Positions 20,075-30,100 of a stretch of DNA of 64,000 nucleotides are shown here, in pieces. The notes below the pieces were generated by a model that did not search any database, was not told the origin of the DNA, and was given only the letters and a program-made list of their open reading frames with translations. Location: IMG/VR virus record IMGVR_UViG_3300010352_001202, one strand, 5' to 3'. This stretch comes from a virus (Duplodnaviria > Caudoviricetes). The position numbers were made by a program, and so were the translations under genes. Every line of letters starts with the position of its first letter. Position 1 is the first letter of the stretch.

Positions 20075-21510
20075 TTGTTTATTGTCAATCCATCTGGCGC
20101 CTGAATAATATTGTCCACACGCCAGTAACCAGGAGCATATACACCATAATAGGTATATGTCCAATCTACACCATCAAAGGTGTATTGAGAACTATTAGAG
20201 TTGTTAACGACATAATTCTTACCTACAGCATTTCGTGAATCAAAAATTACTACCCAATCGATGCCGTTGAATTCGATAACATCGTTTGGATATGCAACCA
20301 CTGTATCGCCCCATGGGCTGGTAGGCACACCCGGCGGAATTGCAGGTTCTTCTCCTGCACTGTCATGTGATGTGAGCAAATATCGTTGGCCCGGCATAGC
20401 CACAGGTAAAACATTTCCAGGCCAAACTTCCTTGGGATCGATAATTGCTGCAATAGGCATTATTGTAGTTGGCGGAAGAGTATCAATATCGGGCGAGAAT
20501 AAAAGCACATTTTGCCTTGTCGGGTCTTGCTCAATATAGCCTATGATGTCAGAGTCTGTGACATCAATGTTAGGGTCTAGTTTTAGCCGAATACTGGTGA
20601 TATTAGGCGATATTTGCCCGTACTTTTGAAACAAGCTTTCCCAGCTAAGTGCCGGATCTACCTGTCCAAACTCATTTAGTAATGTAATTTCGTCACCACT
20701 GATTGCGCGTGCAACAGATATACGATAGTTACCCACGGTGGTAATAATCTGTATAGGTATACCATTGAAGCAATTTCTGAAATAGTCCTCTCTGTTTTGC
20801 AAACTTAGTTCAACTTCGTTTACATCAGCAACATTGAATACATTAGTAACAATTTCTGCAATGAGCCCGCTTCTCTTGAGTTTAGCAGGTGGATTGATCC
20901 AACCCTCTACCTTGAACTTGAAACTCATTACATCTCTTTCGTCGCCAGTAACAGTACCAATACTGCGATTAGACCATGTAAAATCTTCCATCCATACTTC
21001 AAAGATACTTGTCCAGTCTAGAATATTGCTATTCTGCTGTAGTTGAACTGATTTATTGAATATAACTGCAATCTGCTCGAAAATCTGTAGCTTGGTAGTT
21101 GTATTAGTTGTCCAAACATCAAGCTTGAAAGTAATATCGTAGGGTACAGGCATATATCTTTCAACATCTTGCCTTACACCGGGCCCCGAACCGTAAGATT
21201 GAGTTTCCTTATTGAACTCTCTTTCCACGGTGGAAACCTTCCCGACATATTGGGAATCTTGCCTACGCTTATCGTTCATTTTTATGCTATCAATATAAGC
21301 ACTAAAAATCGGTGATGGAATCATTGTATTTTCGCTTGCACCCTTAATGAGTTGTGCAACCATCCAAGATGGGTCTCCATACATAATTGGTATTCTTTGG
21401 ATTGTATAAAGTCCATTGGCATCTGGACCGTTTCTGACTTTGATATCAGAAAAGATTCGCATAAATTGTATTAGGTATCTGCGTACCTGACCGTCATAAA
21501 AAAAGTCGAT
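20065..21510 (-). CDS. Tail terminator / sheath-stabiliser protein (T4 gp15-like); frame extends upstream of the ATG to an ATC codon
   Basis: IDFFYDGQVRRYLIQFMRIFS..IPIMYG..PVPYDITFKLDVWT..QIFEQI; GAGG SD 8 nt before the ATC at 21510. Confidence 0.65.
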   Translation of the reverse strand: MDFFYDGQVRRYLIQFMRIFSDIKVRNGPDANGLYTIQRIPIMYGDPSWMVAQLIKGASENTMIPSPIFSAYIDSIKMNDKRRQDSQYVGKVSTVEREFNKETQSYGSGPGVRQDVERYMPVPYDITFKLDVWTTNTTTKLQIFEQIAVIFNKSVQLQQNSNILDWTSIFEVWMEDFTWSNRSIGTVTGDERDVMSFKFKVEGWINPPAKLKRSGLIAEIVTNVFNVADVNEVELSLQNREDYFRNCFNGIPIQIITTVGNYRISVARAISGDEITLLNEFGQVDPALSWESLFQKYGQISPNITSIRLKLDPNIDVTDSDIIGYIEQDPTRQNVLLFSPDIDTLPPTTIMPIAAIIDPKEVWPGNVLPVAMPGQRYLLTSHDSAGEEPAIPPGVPTSPWGDTVVAYPNDVIEFNGIDWVVIFDSRNAVGKNYVVNNSNSSQYTFDGVDWTYTYYGVYAPGYWRVDNIIQAPDGLTINNYE

Positions 21511-21528
21511 TTTGGATGCCTCTTTGTG

Positions 21529-22824
21529 TTATCCAGGTAAGCCGGAACCAGTGCCCGGACTTCCTGTGTTAGAACTATTGCCACGAAGTGCAGCACGCTC
21601 ATCGGCAATAGCAGAACGAGCAGCCTCAGATGCAGTGACCTTTGTTTTTCTTTCTGCGTATAAGTCAACCTTCTGTTTGACAACTTGCGACAATGCTTGT
21701 TTTTCTGGAATAATAGTTCCATCAGAAAGAACAGTATCGACATTGTTATCAATGAATGTATCCAATACACGGTTGTATGCAGTCCAGGCTTTCAACACAT
21801 CTACCTCTATAAGTTTGAAGCAAGTACCTTGCTTCTGAAATAATCTTTCAGGATAATAATCTATTCTTAGATAGTATTGTCCATCTGTCATGCCCGGTGG
21901 AAATGTTACACCTGCACCTACTAAAGGTCCAGAAGGTACTAAATTCTGTTGATTATCTGTTGATAAATTAGGAGGCGCACCGTCGCCGCTAAAGTAGTTA
22001 CTTCCGATTACTGGATAACCCTTTTCATCTAGATAAATGTATAGGTTGGCACTTTCGAAAAACTTAGGATCGAAGAATGCATTTTGTTCAGCCTCGGCAA
22101 CAATTTCGTCTGTAATTTTGATAATCTTACAGAATAGGTCTAGTGAATTCTTAATGTTCGGGTTACATCCTAGTCCGGGGTTGCCTTGTGCATCTGCTGT
22201 ATCGGTAAATCCTTCCGGCATTACTCCGATACCCTGTCCTACACCACCTGCTGTCTGCCCCGTTGAAGCTTGATCGATAATCTGCGTAAACTCAGTAGAA
22301 GCAGTCATTTGCTTTGCCCTGATTAGCCAAATGTGAGGAAACCATTTCTGGCCATAACCACCTGCAGCATATAGAGCATCTAGCACAACATAATATTTAT
22401 TGATACCTACGGCATTGTCGAAAATAGGTATATCGCGCATACTAGGAAATTCTAATACATCACCGGCAATAAGTTTTCTACCTAAGGCGTCGACCATATC
22501 ATTGTAGTGAAACTGAATGCGGATAGTATCAGAACTAAGAAAAATACCAAACTGGGATAAGTCATAGTTAACATCTTGCGGAACATGGTGCCCTCTAAGT
22601 TCGATCACATCTGGATTATATTTTCGATTGTTATTGGTAAGGAACAATACATCTTGAATAGTTGTAAGCGATGTATCTGTATTACCCTGCGAATCGGTAG
22701 TAGGACCTTCATACATATGTACAAGAACACCGTCCCCAGCAATCCTAAAATTTTCACCAATGGTACGATCGACGAAATTATAATCGTCTCCACGGACAGG
22801 ATTCCAGAGACTTATGCGTGGCAT
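21529..22824 (-). CDS. Neck protein (T4 gp14-like)
   Basis: [36 protein letters not shown]; adjacent to the gp15-like gene. Confidence 0.6.
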   Translation of the reverse strand: MPRISLWNPVRGDDYNFVDRTIGENFRIAGDGVLVHMYEGPTTDSQGNTDTSLTTIQDVLFLTNNNRKYNPDVIELRGHHVPQDVNYDLSQFGIFLSSDTIRIQFHYNDMVDALGRKLIAGDVLEFPSMRDIPIFDNAVGINKYYVVLDALYAAGGYGQKWFPHIWLIRAKQMTASTEFTQIIDQASTGQTAGGVGQGIGVMPEGFTDTADAQGNPGLGCNPNIKNSLDLFCKIIKITDEIVAEAEQNAFFDPKFFESANLYIYLDEKGYPVIGSNYFSGDGAPPNLSTDNQQNLVPSGPLVGAGVTFPPGMTDGQYYLRIDYYPERLFQKQGTCFKLIEVDVLKAWTAYNRVLDTFIDNNVDTVLSDGTIIPEKQALSQVVKQKVDLYAERKTKVTASEAARSAIADERAALRGNSSNTGSPGTGSGLPG

Positions 22825-23417
22825 TTTGCATCTCCTACAATTTTGTAATCGGGAAATCCCGCCGATCTGCACCTATATCTTACTGTTTCGTTTTGAATGC
22901 CGAGCATTTTTGATGCCTCTGTAATTGAGTTATATCTGATACCATAGATCTCAACGATCAGTCTGATCTTCTGGGTCATCGCAGCAAGATTATTCAACTC
23001 ACCAATAGTTCTATTTCTATTGCTTAGTTCCGGCCTCTTTTTTCCGATTCGGGCAATACTCATTTTTATGCGTGTATCTTCTTTCAATATTTTTCCTGTA
23101 TTGAGCTTAGATAAGTGTAGTTTCTTGTATTCGTCCATTAACGGGCTATCGCCACCCTCGGTTTTATTTAAAAGAATACCGGTACCTAAATCTTTTCTTC
23201 CCCACCATCTAATATATCTTCTTTCCAGTGCCAGCGCGCCTACCTCTGTGAGTGCGGTTTCGAGAAATATAATTCTTGATTTATCGGGAATAGCAAATGT
23301 GTGTTTCGAAAATGCCCTATTACCGGTTCCTTTGCCGATATAGTAGGGTGTACCTGCGCGAGCAGTTCTGCTATCTTTATCTCTTATATATGCATAGACA
23401 TAAAACCTATTTAACAT
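22812..23417 (-). CDS. GIY-YIG homing endonuclease
   Basis: [27 protein letters not shown]; C-terminal [16 protein letters not shown]. Confidence 0.88.
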   Translation of the reverse strand: MLNRFYVYAYIRDKDSRTARAGTPYYIGKGTGNRAFSKHTFAIPDKSRIIFLETALTEVGALALERRYIRWWGRKDLGTGILLNKTEGGDSPLMDEYKKLHLSKLNTGKILKEDTRIKMSIARIGKKRPELSNRNRTIGELNNLAAMTQKIRLIVEIYGIRYNSITEASKMLGIQNETVRYRCRSAGFPDYKIVGDAKCHA

Positions 23418-23545
23418 ACCGCGCCCTCGTTTTTAGTATTTATCACTAAGATGGTATTGAATTATTTTGTGATGATGATAAATACATTCGAGCACAGACT
23501 AATACTAAACTATTAGACAGGTAAATAGCCTGAACAGGAGAGCTT

Positions 23546-24385
23546 ATGTCAGTAACAATTAATGCTAAAGGTACTAGCACATCTTCCTTTAAGATTGGCA
23601 AAAACGGTACCGTAATCGATCAGAATGCAATTATTACCCCACCTGCCGCAACTGATGTCACTTTTGATATCGACTCCGGGCAATTTATGGTGGTTAACGG
23701 TGCCTCCGGTTCTGCATTAATCACAACCTCTTCTTCACAAGATCTTCACATTAATCCTGCTGTCGGTGGCGGTCAATACCTTGTATTGAATGCAAATCGC
23801 TGGCCCGCAGCGGATGGCACAACAGGGCAGATTCTAGTTACCAACGGGTCTGGTGTACTTTCCTGGTCAACTGTTTCCGGTTCTGGTACAGTAACATCTG
23901 TCGGAGTGTCGACATCGGGTGTTGGCATTTCTGTTAGCGGTTCTCCTGTCACCACCAGCGGCACCATTACTCTTACTTCAAACGCAACATCTTCAAATAC
24001 AGCATCGACTATTGTTGCAAGAGATGCATCTGGCAACTTTACGGCAGGTACCATTACCGCAACATTGTTTAATGCCACTTCCACAAAGAAAGTTAAGAAG
24101 TCTATTAAAAACTTAAATAAGACATATCTAGCAAACTTCGGCAAACTAAAACCACGAGAGTACGATAGAAAAGATTATGTATCTCATGAGTTTGGTTTTA
24201 TTGCAGAAGAAATGGCATTGGTATATCCAGAGATTGTCGGATTAGATTCTCTAGGTAAACCAAACGGTATTGATTACGGAAAGCTTACAACAATCCTAAC
24301 AGCAAAAGTTCAGGAACAACAGAAAACTATTGATAGTCTGCAAACGCAGGTTACTGAGATTAGAGCACTATTAGGCAAGAAATAA
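23546..24385 (+). CDS. Tail fibre with C-terminal intramolecular chaperone (peptidase S74-like) domain
   Basis: STKKVKKSIKNL..GFIAEEM..YPEIV..IDYGKL followed by a coiled coil. Confidence 0.75.
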   Translation: MSVTINAKGTSTSSFKIGKNGTVIDQNAIITPPAATDVTFDIDSGQFMVVNGASGSALITTSSSQDLHINPAVGGGQYLVLNANRWPAADGTTGQILVTNGSGVLSWSTVSGSGTVTSVGVSTSGVGISVSGSPVTTSGTITLTSNATSSNTASTIVARDASGNFTAGTITATLFNATSTKKVKKSIKNLNKTYLANFGKLKPREYDRKDYVSHEFGFIAEEMALVYPEIVGLDSLGKPNGIDYGKLTTILTAKVQEQQKTIDSLQTQVTEIRALLGKK

Positions 24386-25177
24386 ATGGCAGCAAATATA
24401 CTAGCAAGCGGAATTGATTTAGATTCTGTATTTGCACAGCATGTTTCTGCAGACGCTGCGCATTTAACAGGATATCAAATCTCCGGTGCCGATATTTACA
24501 ACAGGTATGATCCTTTATCATCGCCTGCACAGGTAAATCTCGGTTCTAGAATTCCGGCTATTAGTATTCATACTTCGTCATCGGGGTGGTCTTCTGGTAC
24601 CGATCTTGCTTCTATATTCTGCGGGCATCCAAGTAGATATTCGTTAACAACACCGTCAGGCGGCAGCAAGAATTCTGGCGGCGGATGGACCTCTCCAAAG
24701 ACATGGACACATACCCTTACGGCAACCTTTGCTAGTGCATCTGCACTAACTGATTATTTCTACTATGGCGGTAGAATACAAATTTCAGGAAATCAGGGTT
24801 CTGGTACAATTGCTGACGCAGCCTTAGCGAATATGTTTGTTGATATGGGTACAATTATTATTTACGATCAGGGACATTATCAGACTGGTGCAGGTGGTAC
24901 ACTAACAAATTCGGGAACAGGTGGTGCCAATATAGGAACCACACCTGTAGCGTTATATAACACAACCGATGGTTCGCCTTACTTGGGTAGCACATACTCG
25001 ATTAGTATGGTAGCAAATGCAGCCGCAGGATCCGCAACAGTAATAACAATTACGACAATACTAGATATTATTACTGCCGGAGTTACAGATACATATTCGG
25101 GAACATATACATCGAATATACAACAAAGAAATTACCCTACTATGGCAGTGCCGACTTTCGGCGGATCTATGGTATGA
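24386..25177 (+). CDS. Virion structural protein (hypothetical)
   Basis: Intact ORF in tail operon, S/T/G-rich. Confidence 0.5.
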   Translation: MAANILASGIDLDSVFAQHVSADAAHLTGYQISGADIYNRYDPLSSPAQVNLGSRIPAISIHTSSSGWSSGTDLASIFCGHPSRYSLTTPSGGSKNSGGGWTSPKTWTHTLTATFASASALTDYFYYGGRIQISGNQGSGTIADAALANMFVDMGTIIIYDQGHYQTGAGGTLTNSGTGGANIGTTPVALYNTTDGSPYLGSTYSISMVANAAAGSATVITITTILDIITAGVTDTYSGTYTSNIQQRNYPTMAVPTFGGSMV

Positions 25178-25217
25178 TATATAGATGATAAATATAGAAC
25201 TTAGGTAGGATTAGATT

Positions 25218-27161
25218 ATGTCAATTAAAATTTCAGGCGTACAAATGGGGAGCCTAACAGGTGGTCCATCTGCTATAAACCTCTCTGACCTGCATGATGT
25301 CAGTATTACATCTCCTGCCACCGGCCAATATCTAAGATATAATGGCGCAATCTCTGAATGGCAAAATGCATACATTGATAGTGATGTTTTTGGTTATCTT
25401 GATTCTGCATTATCCGGAACACAAGGTGTAACAATTACAACAGTTTCGGGTCCTAACACTATTGCAATCGGACTAGGTGCTATTACACCGTCGTCTGTAA
25501 CTTCAAGCGGCACCGTTACTGGTACCAATCTTTCCGGCACAAATACAGGCGATCAGACAATTACGCTAACAGGCGATGTTACCGGATCGGGTACAGCAAC
25601 ATTCAGCACAACTTTAGCGACTGTTAATTCAAGTCCGCAAACAGATACATTTAGAAGAATTACCGTAAACGGTAAGGGATTAGTAACAGCAACATCGTCG
25701 GTAACATCGTCGGATATTACAACAGCCCTTACCTACACGCCAGTTGATAAAGCCGGTGATACAATGTCCGGCTATCTAATATTGAATGCAGATCCTGCCA
25801 GTTCGCTTGGCGCAGCAACAAAGCAATATGTTGATTCAGAAGTTGCAGCAGTGGCATCTGGTGTCAATGTTCACGCTGCCTGCGAAACTTCGACTACGGC
25901 AGCTCTTCCAACATGCACATATAATAACGGTTCGTCGGGAGTAGGAGCAACATTAACAGCAAATTCAAACGGTGCATTAGGCACTGTAGGTGGTTATGGC
26001 GGCCTTACTGTTTCTGCTCGTCTTCTAGTTAAGAATCAGGCAGCAACACTTCAAAACGGTATCTATGTTGTTACACAGTTAGGCGATGGTTCTAATCCCT
26101 GGATTCTAACAAGAGCAACAGACTTTGACGGTTCGCCAACAAGTGAAATTTCTGCAGGCGACATGACTTATGTTCAGGAAGGTACATTAGGTGGAACACA
26201 ATGGGTCGAAACAGCAATTGGAACGGGATCACCAGGTGATTACATTATTGTTGGAACAGATCCAATTGTATTTTCACAGTTTTCTGGAGCAGGTGTTTAT
26301 ACAGCAGGCTCCGGAATTGATATTACAACAAATGTTATTTCTAATACTGGTGTTCTAAGTATTGTTGCAGGTTCGGGTATTGGAATTTCTGGTGGAACAG
26401 GTAACGTAACAATCACTGCAACAGGTGGCGGCGGAACAGTAACTTCTGTGAATATTACTCCACCGTCTGCAGGTATCGGAGCATCAGGTGGCCCAATTAC
26501 AGGTTCGGGTTCAATAACATTATCTCTAACAAACGATTTGGCCGCAGTTGAAGGATTATCTACGAACGGCCTTACTGTTCGTTCAGCCACAGATACATGG
26601 ATTACAAGAAATATTGCAGTCAGCGGTACTGGTTTATCAGTTACCGATCCCGACGGTATTCTTGGAAACCCAACAGTAACGAGTAATGCAACTAGTGCAA
26701 ACACAGCATCCACTATTGTTGCGAGAGACGGTTCGGGAAATTTCACAGCGGGCACAATTACCGCTTCTCTAACAGGCGCTGCAAGCTTAAATGTACTGAA
26801 AGCTGGCGATACAATGTCGGGTGCGCTAAACGAAGCACCTGTAACAACTATTGCATCTGGCTCGACTGTAAATCTTGCAACAGCCACATCTAATACAGTG
26901 ACTGTTACCGGGACTAGCACAATAAATAGCTTCGGTACAATAGCAAGTGGCGCCCGTAGGGCACTGATTTTCTCGGGAGTTTGTACAGTAACAAATTCTG
27001 CAAATATTATTAATGTTACCGGAGCAAATATTGTTACGGCAGCAAATCAAACACTAGAATATGTTTCGTTAGGTTCCGGTGTCTGGCAACAAATTGGATC
27101 AGCTTCATCGGGCGGCAGTGTTAGCCTAGACGATGCTTTAATCTATTCACTTACATTTTGA
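25218..27161 (+). CDS. Tail-fibre-like protein
   Basis: ATKQYVD, RLLVKNQ..QNGIYVV..WILTRATDFD motifs; modules shared with the 6748, 12098 and 23546 genes. Confidence 0.75.
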   Translation: MSIKISGVQMGSLTGGPSAINLSDLHDVSITSPATGQYLRYNGAISEWQNAYIDSDVFGYLDSALSGTQGVTITTVSGPNTIAIGLGAITPSSVTSSGTVTGTNLSGTNTGDQTITLTGDVTGSGTATFSTTLATVNSSPQTDTFRRITVNGKGLVTATSSVTSSDITTALTYTPVDKAGDTMSGYLILNADPASSLGAATKQYVDSEVAAVASGVNVHAACETSTTAALPTCTYNNGSSGVGATLTANSNGALGTVGGYGGLTVSARLLVKNQAATLQNGIYVVTQLGDGSNPWILTRATDFDGSPTSEISAGDMTYVQEGTLGGTQWVETAIGTGSPGDYIIVGTDPIVFSQFSGAGVYTAGSGIDITTNVISNTGVLSIVAGSGIGISGGTGNVTITATGGGGTVTSVNITPPSAGIGASGGPITGSGSITLSLTNDLAAVEGLSTNGLTVRSATDTWITRNIAVSGTGLSVTDPDGILGNPTVTSNATSANTASTIVARDGSGNFTAGTITASLTGAASLNVLKAGDTMSGALNEAPVTTIASGSTVNLATATSNTVTVTGTSTINSFGTIASGARRALIFSGVCTVTNSANIINVTGANIVTAANQTLEYVSLGSGVWQQIGSASSGGSVSLDDALIYSLTF

Positions 27162-27170
27162 GGTAAAATA

Positions 27171-30100
27171 ATGTCATCTTCATTCAAAAGAACATACTAC
27201 AAGCCAACAACAACAGGAATGGATGTTGCATATACAGTACCTTCTGTTTCGTCAGCTATCCTGCTCAGTGCTATTGTCACACCAACTAATAACGAAGATA
27301 AGACAGTATCGTTAGGTGTTGCGCCAACAGGTTCATCTGACATTAACTGGGTAAGCAGAAATATTCCTGTCTATAACGGTTCGTCTATTAACCTTTCGCC
27401 CGATAGAATGGCACTAAACACAGGTGATAGAATTATTGTAAATGCCAACACAGATTTGATGCAATTTATCCAATCTGTTTCTGATTTGCCTATTGCTAAT
27501 CCAACATCAATTGCAGTGAATTCCGGCGGAACAGTAATTGTTATTGGTGGAACAGATGGTCTTGCAATGTCATCAGATGGTGGATTATCGTTTAATAAGG
27601 TATCGTCAGTTGCACCTGTAAATACTGGCTTTAACTTGTTGAAGTATTTTGCAAGTAAATTTATTTATTTTGTTAGTTCGTCACTTATTTACACATCAAC
27701 CGATGGCGTAACATGGACCGCAAATACCAGTGGAGTTGCAACAAACCAGATTTATCCGACTTCGCAGGTTACAGGTAATGGTTCGAGATTAGTAGGCATC
27801 AACAATGGCGCATTGTACCAGTCGACAGATGGTACAACATGGACATCTATTTCTACAAATGGATATCCTACGAATATGAAGACAATTACCGATGTTAACA
27901 TTAATTATGTTTACTATAATGCCTCGATAAGTGGTTTCTATGCATGTGGCGATAACGGTACTGTTTTCCGCTGTGGAACTACGCCCGGTGCCAATACATG
28001 GACACAAGTACCAACAGGCGTACTAGAAAACTTAAACGGAATGTATTTTGGTAGCAGTACATTAGTTGTAGTCGGTGATAACGGAAGACTCATTACTACA
28101 TCGACATATACAGATGCAGGAGTATTTGCTGTAGCCGCAGCTAGCGTAACAGGCACAACAGAAAACTTAAGAGGAATCACATTTAACGGATCTTATTGGA
28201 TAGTATGCGGAACAAATGGAACTATTCTTACTTCTACCTCTCCAACAACCTCATGGACATCAAGAACATCGGGTGTTTCGGTAACATTAAATGCGGTAAC
28301 ATTTTCTGCATCTAATAATGGTATTATTGTTGGCGATACAGGCACTATTTTATATGAAATAGGAACAGCAGGTGCAACATGGAATTCACAATCATCTGGT
28401 ACTTCCAATAATCTTAACAGTGTTATGTTTTCTGGTAGTTTAAATTCATATGTCGCCGTAGGAAATGCAGGAACTGTTATATCAAGTCCCAATGCAACAG
28501 CGTGGACTTCGAGAACATCTGGTACCTCCAACAATCTTTATTCTGTTAATCAGGGTTCTGCGACTTTTGGAATATTAATGGCCGGCGCTGCCGGGACACT
28601 GCTCGGCGTCGAACAAAGATCTGGTTTGTACAATTTTACAACATTTAGATCGGGCACAACATCGACTATAAAATCTATTTTTGCTGTAGGAAATGCAGGA
28701 ACTTATGCAGCATATGTTGGCGCCAATGGCCTATTTGGAATGTCAACTACGGAATTTACTTCTTCCCAGCTACTTACAGGTGCTTACATTGCATCCGACC
28801 TAGTCAGCGGTACATCTACAAAATTCAATGCCATTGCCATGGCAACAACTGGTTCTAATATTGTTGCAGTTGGAGATAGTGGTATTATTTACACTTCGGC
28901 ATCTAGCACTTTAACAACATGGACATCAAGGACATCTGGTGTAGGTGTAAACCTTAATGGAGTGGTACAGAACAGTGCTGGTGTTTGGGTTGTAGTAGGT
29001 GATACAGGCACTATTCTAACAAGTTCTACATTAACAACATGGACTTCACAGACATCGAGCACATCAAACAACCTAAACGGTGTTTGCCTCGGCCCGGGTA
29101 CGCCAAGTTTTATTGCTGTAGGTAACGGCGGTGTTGTTAGAACAGGTGATGCAACTGGCGTGACATGGACTTCACAGACAAATGCCGATACAGCAAATCT
29201 AAGAGCTATTGCTTTTAATTCAGCAAACACAAACTGGGTTGCAGTCGGCGATGGTGGCAGAGCATTACTTGGCACAACTTCGGGAACTACCTGGGCTGTT
29301 CAAACATCTAACACATCTAACAACTTAAGAAGTATTTCTTGGACACCGACCTTTAACTATACTGCTGTGGGTGATGCTGGTACTGTTATTTCTGGTGTCG
29401 CAGGCGGTACATCATGGACCGTAAGAAATTCTGGAACGGCTGAAAATCTATTTACTTGTTTGTCACTCAACTCAGGCGTTGCAGGTCTTTCAGTACTTAC
29501 CACCGTCGGCGCAGCAGCATTTGGTGATAATGGATGCATGATAACATCAAATACACCGACATCTGCTAACTTTGTAACCAGAAAAATAGCGGTAACAGGT
29601 GCATTATATGGAAGCACAGATACAGGAACAGTAACTCTTGCCGTAGGTGCAAGTGGAAAAATTTATTCATTCTCTGTTGTTAACGGTGGATTCCAAGAAA
29701 TTTTTGTATTAAGGCCGAACGACATACCGGCGATTGCGGGTGGTACAAACTTTGCAGTAGCACCAGGCCCGTTTTCGACAATGTATACTTCGGGAACCAC
29801 TGCTGCAACAAACAGATGGAATACTTTATTCCCGACATCTGGCTTTGCTGAGATGAACCTAAGGAAAGCAATTTACAATGGTACCTCATGGATGATGGTG
29901 GGTAATAACGGAAGTGCAATGACCCTGTCAAGCAATACACAGACTGGTACTCCTACTATGCTTACCACACAGACAAATACAAATCTTCGAAGCGGTATCT
30001 ACAATACAAGTAGTGTAATACATATTCTTGTTGGAGAAGATGGCGGAATATTCACATCGACCTCGTCAGTTAGTACAATGATTATTACAAAGAGAACATC

